This document shows, piece by piece, positions 55,724-64,000 of a DNA stretch of 64,000 nucleotides. Position numbers and translations under genes: made by a program. Under the pieces are notes generated by a model. The model was not told the origin of the DNA. It was given only the letters and a program-made list of their open reading frames with translations, and made no database searches. Numbering within the stretch: the stretch's first letter is position 1; every line of letters starts with the position of its first letter. Origin of the DNA: Octopus vulgaris (taxonomy: Eukaryota); the NCBI GenBank assembly GCA_951406725.2, contig OX597819.1:53816001-53880000 (forward strand), read 5' to 3'.

Positions 55724-56242
55724 ATGCCTATTTACACGACGAGTAACTTGGCAAAACAACTGCGTGAAAATTGGTTATCCAAATACCCGTCTGACACCTA
55801 CAATACCGGCTCAATTAATTTGGACGATAGTCTCACCAGTCTGAACTGGCTTCAGAACTTAAAGATTCTTCGGGTACCAAATCCGTCGCCGTCTCCAAAC
55901 TGCGAATCAGCGCGGGTTTTGACAACATCGATGGGACGTAGAGGAGGGGTATCGGAAGAAGCTGACGACAACGGAGTTTTACGGGTTGTTCAAGATGATG
56001 GAGAATCGGACTCTAGATTAAAATACAGCCATTTTATGTATCTAAACAATTCCAAAAATACAAATAAGCATCAGACAATTGATTATAAAACAAACTCTTG
56101 TGTAAAACCTCCATTTTCCTATGCTGCCCTAATATGTATGGCAATGAAAGCAAGTCCGTCAAACAAAATGACTCTATCTGCGATATATTCCTGGATTACA
56201 GACAATTTTGTTTACTATCGGATGGCTGATCCAAGTTGGCAA
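55724..56242 (+). CDS. foxj1: FoxJ1 forkhead transcription factor, first coding exon (173 codons; N-terminus plus first half of forkhead domain)
   Basis: Encodes the FoxJ1-type motif LDDSLTSLNWLQ and DYKTNSCVKPPFSYAALICMAMKASPSNKMTLSAIYSWITDNFVYYRMADPSWQ, close to vertebrate FOXJ1 ([22 protein letters not shown]...ITDNFCYFRHADPTWQ). Acceptor ttttacatacag|G gives exon start 55646; in-frame TAA at 55652 precedes ATG 55724; donor CAA|gtaagc at 56242/56243 is at the WQ|NSIRH intron position. Next exon not found in window. Confidence 0.93.
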
Positions 56243-56529
56243 GTAAGCAGTTGTTTTCTTTGATTTTTTTTCTTTTTACATAATTTATTCTTATCGATTC
56301 CATTTCAGCAATTTGTTCACCGAATATTTAAAGGCTCCAAAATGTGTAATGCTTACAGGCATTTCGTTCGCCTTTACGTTCTTTGTTCAAATTCTGCCGA
56401 GGTCGACTTTGCTTTGCGTTCTTCTGGAGTCGATAAAATAAGTATCAGTTGCGTTCTGGGGTCGATGAAATCGATTAACTCCGCTTCCTCGAACTAGCTG
56501 GTCTTGTGCCAAAATCTGAAACCAATAAG

Positions 56530-57600
56530 TGTAGTCTTCGGCCATTGGGGTCTGAATGAGAGTTCGGTTGTAGAGAGTCGGTGTTTACTATTAGATGTTA
56601 GCCTGCGATTGGCCGAGAAAGGTCGCGCGATGTAGCGGTTTAATATTGGTATTCCGGTGACAGCAATTAGTTGGAAAATACCGCATGGTGAACAGGAAAT
56701 CGACTGCGTGGTGGTCAAGAAATCGGTCGTGTGATTGGGGGAAGTAGGAAGAGGCGGTAGATGTGGAGGTATATATGTACATGTACATGTCCATATATGT
56801 GCGTGTATTCATCCGTACTTATACAAGTGTGCATGTGTGCTTAGATGTACATTCACACATCCATCCGCGCGCGCACGTACACTCACATACAAACACGAAG
56901 GTACACATGCATACACGCGGGCGCACATACACACACACACACACACGTGCACACCTTTATCTCCATGTACATATGCACACAAGCACACACGCGTACGCAC
57001 AAACGAGCGTGCACGCGTACATACATGCACAGGTGCACATGTATATGGGTGCGCATGCGCGCACATGTACACCCGCGCACATGTACACCCGCGCACACAA
57101 AGTGCACATGCATACGGCGAGCAGATGCATATGCGCAGTCATGCACATGCGTGCACGTACACATATACTCGTGTGGTTATGCACAAGGAGTGAGGGTATG
57201 CGGGTAGATAGGCATGGAGAAGTGTTGGAGATTGGTGATTTGCGGTACTGTTCATAGGGGTTCATTTGTGACGGTCACCTTGGTGCAGGTGGTACTATGG
57301 GTGGCTGGTACTAAGGAGGTATATCAGGATTGTCAGCGGTCAGTGGCTTGAAATTTACCAGAAGGGTGTATCTCCGGTGATAGCAATACGATACCTCAGA
57401 TTTCTTGTTGATGGATACTACGGATTGGTAGATGATATGCAGTTTTTCGTGGAGGCACAGCTGACAATTAGGTGTGCTGGGGGAATATGGTGGCACCCTG
57501 TCTGTAATAGTCCACTTGATGTTGGGTGTTTCGTCTCAGAAGTTACGAAGTCTCCAGAGAAAGCGTGTCAAGGAAGTGGAGTTTTCTCTGTCCCTGGATC
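56530..57600 (-). mobile_element. Degenerate Penelope-like 3' end (GIY-YIG C-terminus and tail)
   Basis: PPYSPSTPNCQLCLHEKLHIIY...INKKSE...YHRR matches the CxLCxxEK...NK.SE...C.H pattern at the end of PLE endonucleases. Confidence 0.65.
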
Positions 57601-57860
57601 TAAATGAATTCAAGCGCTGGGAATATATGTATATGTGTATTCATATAAAATGGGTGCTGTTTTAGCGTGCGGTCTACAGTAAGACCCACCCTTAGTCTAC
57701 ACTGTGAAATGATCAGATCTGGTTTGGGCTGGGGCTTAGAGTTAAACTGCTCGCTAAAGTGGTCCCAAATGTGTATGTATATATTTGTAAGGTGTGGTTG
57801 TATGGTTAAGAAGTTTGCTTCACAACCACTTAATTTCGGGTTCGGTCCTGCTGCGCGCGC

Positions 57861-57895
<35 letters not shown>

Positions 57896-58142
57896 GCACA
57901 ATAGACTACCATTTACATGCTACCTACAAAACCTTCCCCTCTTCTTCTTACTTTCCACGTCAGCTACTATAACTCCCTACTATTAACTCCTCACTCCTGA
58001 TACTTATTTTTCTCCTCTCACTATTCCCTATCAGAATACTTCTCCAACTCCTCCTCCTCCTCCTCCCAATACACTTAGCTCTCCACAAAATCATCCCATC
58101 TTTGAACTTCTCTCCTTTAAAACCTCAAATGTCAGATCTTCT

Positions 58143-58233
58143 TCCCTGAAGACGGAGGCTCATCACATCCTATGATGGAATCAATCCACAAACATTATTT
58201 TGGACCACCGAGCCCCCAGAAACAGCTGTTGGA
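58143..58233 (+). ncRNA. Hammerhead ribozyme motif (canonical CUGAAGA core) in PLE-type tail
   Basis: tcc CTGAAGA (58146-58152) cggaggctc...gagccccca GAAA cagctgt t gga; palindromic ACAGCTGT stem III; stem II has mismatches. Confidence 0.6.
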
Positions 58234-58324
58234 TTTGTAATACTTTTCTGCAACCCCTTAAATTTTCTATTTCATTTGTATACTGTGTAAGTCGGACCTG
58301 TTTTGTATGTAAACGCACACACAC

Positions 58325-58369
<45 letters not shown>

Positions 58370-59714
58370 GTATACATTTCTTGTATTTCAGGTATTAATA
58401 TAGTAAAACCTTATATATTGATCTAACTTGCTTAACCCCACATTTATTTCTATACCCGCTCTCAAGTTCAATTCTCTTGAGCCCTGCTAAGTGTATTCTA
58501 TACGGAGACTATCTGATTCTCATCTATAAACCATATGTGTGTGTGTGTGTTGGTTAGGACGACGAGTGTTCCTGTAGATTCGATCAACAGAACAGTCTGC
58601 TCGTGAGATTAACGTAGAAGTGGCTGAACACTCCATTGACACGCGTACCCTTAGCGTAGTTCTCAGAGAGGTTCAGCGTGATACATCTAATTCCTGCATC
58701 GTGAAATAAAATGTCTTACTCAAGGACACCTGTGGAGGTGCAATGGCCCAGTGGTTAGGGCAGCGGAATCGCGGTTTCGATTCCCAGACCGGGCGTTGTG
58801 TGTGTTTATTGAGTGAAAACACCTACAGCTTCACGAGGCTCCGGTAGGGGGTGGTGGCGACCCCTGTTGTACTCTTTCGCCCCAACTTCTCTCACTCATA
58901 CGCCATAGAAACCGGGCCTATGAGCCTGGCTAGGCTTGAAAAAGACGCATAAATAAAATAACTCAAGGACACCACGCGCCGCCGAGATTCGAACTCACGA
59001 CTTTACGATCGTGAGCGGAATACTCTTACTGCTAAGCTGCGTTACCTTCACACACGTGCACTTATGTTTTGAGCTATATTTATCTGTTTGCACAACCAAA
59101 TCTACATGTGTGAGAGAGCGAAAGAAATAGAGACATACAGACAAACAGACAGAGAGACTTGATTCAAAATAGATATTTTTCAGTCATTACGAATAATATA
59201 AATGACATTTTCTATCTCGTTATAAAGATAAGAGCGTTTACACAACGCAAGCGGTTGCAGAATAATATACATAAAAACGCATCTCTATTCTTTCTGTTGC
59301 TTTTGTGCTGTTGCTGTGTATTTCATAACATTCTCACCTCTGTTATAAATTGGTGGCATTTATTTATTTAGTTAGTTATTTGAACCGTGTTGGCTTTTTC
59401 TTGCTAGCATATTCTTTTACACATTTGCACGCGTCAATATACAAATAAGTATATATAGATATATGGTCAGAGATATACGAATGAAATATACAACTCAAGA
59501 CGGCGTTGTTTCGTCTTATTCAAATAAAACTGAGCAAATGAAATATTATCGAAAGCATTCTTGCACGTACCCATTTGGGTGACTGTGTGGTTAAGAAGTT
59601 TGCTTTGCAATCGCTTGGTTTCAGGTTCAGTGTCAATGTACGGCATCTTGGACAAAGTTGTTTTTTTTCTACTATAGCCCTCAGGTCAACCAATGACTTT
59701 TGAGTGAATCTGTT

Positions 59715-60054
59715 CAGGGCTGTTGCTAAGCCTCTGCAACTCCTGCAGTCGCAGGAGGCCTCCGCGGTTGAGGGGCCCCATGTTAAGATCAAAATACGTA
59801 GATGAGTCATCTGTTTACTTTGGTTGAGATGTTGAACATGAATTAAACGATTTGAAATAGACCTAAATAAATCTTTTTAAACTTGTACCTTTAAAGATGT
59901 TCTTTAGGATAACGTGAAATATTGAACTTCAGATAGAATAAAGTAAAATATAGTTATGAATAAAAGGTGCATAAATTATGAATTTTGATTCAAGGGGTGG
60001 GGCCTCGAAACAAAAACTTGCAGGGGGCCCTCTAAAAGTCACGCGACGGATCTG
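59715..60054. mobile_element. hAT-like MITE inserted into a CORE-like SINE
   Basis: cagggctgttgc...gcgacggatctg termini, ggggccc motifs; the SINE at 59575-60305 resumes after it. Confidence 0.5.
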
Positions 60055-61088
60055 ACCTGGTTAACAGAAATTGTGCGGAAGCTCGTCGTATGTGTGTGTG
60101 TGTGTGTGTGTGTTTTTCCTTTCCCAACACCATCGTTTGACAACCGGTGTTGGTTTGTTTAAGTCCCCATAATTTTATGGTTCGTTAAAAGAAACCAATG
60201 GAATAAATACCAGACTTAAAAAATAAGTACTGGTGTGGATGTTTTTTTTTTACTAAACCCTTCAAGTCAGTGCCCCAGCATGGCCGAGGTCCAATGACTG
60301 AAACAAACGTTAAAAGCTATGTGTGTGTGTGGGGGGGTTACTACGTTGAATGTACCCCTTCTTTTCTAAGACAGTAGATTGTGATTTGAGGAGGATTTGG
60401 TTGCTATTTATTACAGGTCGAGCAACCACAGAAAAGCTCACTCGTAATAGTCATATCGCTGGGTAGTGCTTTGTTGTTGCTGTTGTCTTTTTCTTCCAAC
60501 CAGGACTCACGCCATTAACCACAAATAATAATCTCATAATTCGAGCCTACTCTAAGCTACTAAGAATGCGTGTGGCAACTTGAAGATCCGATCCACCTAC
60601 CACATGCAATAGACTGGCGATTGCACGGGCGCGAAAGCTACGTTGGCTTTTTACACCATAGTTCCTCTGCTTTGTGACAGAAGTAAGAAGAAAGAGTGAG
60701 AGAAAGAGTACAGCGAGGTTCACCACCCCCACCCCGCCAGAGCCTCATGGAGCTTAGATGTTTTTGCTCAATAAACACTCAGAATGCCCAGTCTGGGAAT
60801 CGAAAATGCATTCTTACGACCGCGAGTCCGCTGCCCTAACCACTGGGCCATTGTGCGTCCTCCCCTGCTGTTGTTGTTGTTGTCATTATTAACCATATGT
60901 TGGATACAACTGAAAGTGAAAATTGGTATAATGGAAGGTGTTTCTGAATGTTATAACGCAATGCTTCATACGCGTACAAATATACGTTAATGATTGTTAA
61001 AGCAATGAAGAGAGAGTTATATTCGTACATGAACAAACAGAAGCCCTGCTGTTAAAACAATGAATACACAAACGACTTCCAACACACA

Positions 61089-61119
<31 letters not shown>

Positions 61120-61269
61120 CTCTCTCTCTCTCTCCTTCTTTCTCTCTCTCACTCTCTCCTACTTCCCTATCTTATTAGTGTATTTACACTAATCCAGTTG
61201 TCATACATACATACATACATACATATTATAGAGATATACTTGCGTAGTAAGTGTTTTGATCTGAGATTG

Positions 61270-61630
61270 TATTCTCTTATACTTGTTTCGGTCATTTTGA
61301 TTGTGGTCATGCTGGAGCATCACCTTTAGTCGAGCAAATCGATCCCAGGACTTATTCTTTGTGAGCCTAATACTTATTCTATCGGTCTTTTTTGCTGAAC
61401 CGCTAAGTTATGGGGGCGTTAACACACCAGCATCGGTTGTCAAGCAATGTTGGACACACACACGCATATACGATGGGCGTCTTTCTGTTTCTGTCTACCA
61501 AATCCACTCACAAGGCTTTGGTCGGCCCGAGGCTATAGTAGAAGACACTTGCCCAAGGTGCCACGCAGTGGGACTGAACCCGGAATCATGTGGTTGGTAA
61601 GCAAGCCACTTACCACACAGCCACTCCTGC
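61270..61630 (-). mobile_element. CORE-like SINE
   Basis: Reverse complement of family consensus. Confidence 0.85.
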
Positions 61631-62560
61631 AGTATGGAAGACACAAGTTAGCCATTCCGAAATGCACAGAGGCTGTTAACTTCACTTAAACATTTATTTC
61701 CAATTTGGTGTCAAAATTTTCATTGCTCAAAACTGTGACTTGTTCGTTGATAAAAAAAAATTTAACACATTTTTGGGGGGTGAGTTGAGCGACGAATGTC
61801 CACTTGGAAATTAATTCCTAACTAAAAGATTGTTTATAAAAGTAATGTTAAAAACTAATGTACATGGTTTCATTTACGTAAGCTCAGCTTCAGATTTTAA
61901 ATTGAGTATACACAATCATCTTCAAACATTTAGGAGAGATAATGCAAAAATAACATCACTCTACATGAAGTCCTGGAGTTAAAGGACAAAAGTATCATGG
62001 AGCATCACTAGATATGCTAAGCTTTATGCTTGTGATAGATATGGATACAATCTCTCTGCTATCTGGAATTGTTGGAAATTTTAAAATGCACAGGTGATGT
62101 TATTAATAGATCCACCGAACTTTCTTATATGGCGAGCTGGCAGAAACGTTAGCACACCGGGCAAAATTCTTAGCAGTATTTCATCTGCTGTTACGTTTTG
62201 AGTTCAAATTCCGCTGAGGTCGACTTTGCCTTTCATTCTTTCGGGGTTGATAAATTAAGTACCAGTTACACACTGGGGGTTGATGTAGTCGACTTAATTC
62301 CTTTGTCTGTCCTTGTTTGTCCCCTCTATGTTTAGCTCTTTGTGGACAAAAAATAAAAAATAGAATATTTTTAAAAAATAAGAACTTTCTTATACTTCAA
62401 TAGATTCTATAAAATCTCTGAACACTAGATACATATCAATAAACCTACAATGAATTATGTATTTAGGCAGCCTAGCATATCCTAATATTATTAATACTAA
62501 TAATTTGATCATACTTTAACTACCTTTGTATAACATTACTTCTAACAACATATGCCAATA

Positions 62561-63847
62561 CGAGGGGTGTTCATTAAAGATTTCCCCTGACCCACTTCCA
62601 GTTATTGCAGGAAATGGAACTTGTACAGGTGTAATTATACATGTCTCTACATGTCACAATATAAATTGTAGCTTTCCACTAATATTCATTTGTCTTTTAC
62701 AACTGCTGAAGTGGACTAAAGTGTTATAATGGAGGCAGTTGAATGCAGATCAGTGATTAGGTTCTTATACTTGAAAGGTCGTACACCAAAAGAGACTTTC
62801 AATGAGATGAAAGAAGTTTATGGTGACAATTCATCATCATATGACGTAGTCAAGCACTGGCATTGCCAGTTTAAAAGTGGTTGGACGTCAGTGGAAACTG
62901 CTCCTATTACTGGATGACCACATTCTGCCACTGATGATGACACCATCCATAAAGTGGAAGCTGTCATTTTAGAGGATCGCTGCATAACTATTTGACAACT
63001 AGTCGAAGACGTGACGATAAGTGTAGGGTCTATGGAAAAAATAATTCATGACCATTTGCACATGTGGAAGTTGTCTGCATGATGGTTTCCCTGGATGCTC
63101 ACACCTTTTCAGAAGCAGAAATGAGTCAATTGCTCCCAGGCTCTTTTGGCAATGTACCAAGAAAACGAGGAAGATTTTTATGCAGGCTTATCACACAGGA
63201 TGAAATATGGGTCCATTACTACAATCCTGAAACTAAAGTCCAGTCAAAGCAATGGAAGCATGATAACTCATTACCTCCAAAGAAGGCTTGGGTCCAACCC
63301 TCAGCAGACAAGGTGATGCTCACAGTCTTTTGGGACCAGCATAGAGTAGTGATGATGGATTTTCTGGCAAAGGGCAGTACAATTAACAGGACATTATGCT
63401 TTTCTGCTGCAGAAATTGCAGGACACCGTCAAAGTAGGGAGGTGTGGCATGCTGTCAAAGGAGTCCAGTTCCTCCAAGACAATGCCCCAGTTCACAATGC
63501 ACATGTTGCCCAGATGATAGCATGCTCCTGCAGCTATGAAATCCTTCCTCATCCCACTTACTCCCTCGACCTCGCACCATCTGACTTCCACCTCTTTCCA
63601 ACCATGAAGTCTTTTATGAAGGGGAAGCACTTTTTGGATGATGAACTTATTTCCGGGGTAAAGTCTTGGCTCCAGATGCAACCTACCGACTTCTACAGAT
63701 GAGGACATCACAGCTACATAAAGCAATGGGAAAAGTGTATCATCATTGGTGGTGGCTATGTAGAGGAGGACTAATAATTATGTCAAGTTTCATTTATCCC
63801 AGTCCTTGGGAAGTGGATCAGGGGAAATCTTCAATGAACACTTCTTG
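62561..63847 (+). mobile_element. Full-length defective mariner (irritans-like), 1287 bp
   Basis: TA|cgaggggtgttcattaaagatttcccctga...tcaggggaaatcttcaatgaacacttcttg|TA; transposase 62729-63775 with stops/frameshifts; ITQDEIWV, QDNAPVH, YSLDLAPSDFHLF. Confidence 0.93.
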
Positions 63848-64000
63848 TAATTGTAATTTTATATAATTTACAATTTAATAACTTTAATCAATTTGCTTTT
63901 TATACTTGCTTCATCCTCCCTGGTTATGATTTTTACAATTCTGTATAATCCTTATAAATTCTTTTAACATTTATGGCCTTTTTAATTCTTTTATAATTCT

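Overview
AT-rich, microsatellite- and transposon-saturated eukaryotic DNA. The SINE families look like those of Octopus (coleoid cephalopod); this is an inference from remembered repeat families. Only one host protein-coding exon is supported: the first coding exon of a FoxJ1 forkhead transcription factor (ATG 55724 to a phase-0 donor after ...ADPSWQ at 56242). Its next exon is not visible in the window. A candidate promoter and 5'-UTR exon lie about 31 kb upstream (24.3-25.06 kb). The rest is mostly mobile DNA: three SINE families (CORE-like, Meta-like, tRNA-Arg/V-domain-like), a nearly intact Neptune-type Penelope element with an inverted tail, RTE, CR1 and Dong/R4 LINE relics, mariner, hAT, Merlin-like and nested MULE/foldback DNA transposons, Helitrons and a Helentron. 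The most notable non-coding signals are (i) several Penelope-type minimal hammerhead ribozyme motifs with C3:G8, U3:A8 and G3:C8 compensatory cores, (ii) several long fold-back hairpins in the presumed FoxJ1 intron, and (iii) nested or foldback transposons with intact target-site duplications. Nearly all short ORFs in the supplied track are microsatellite artefacts.
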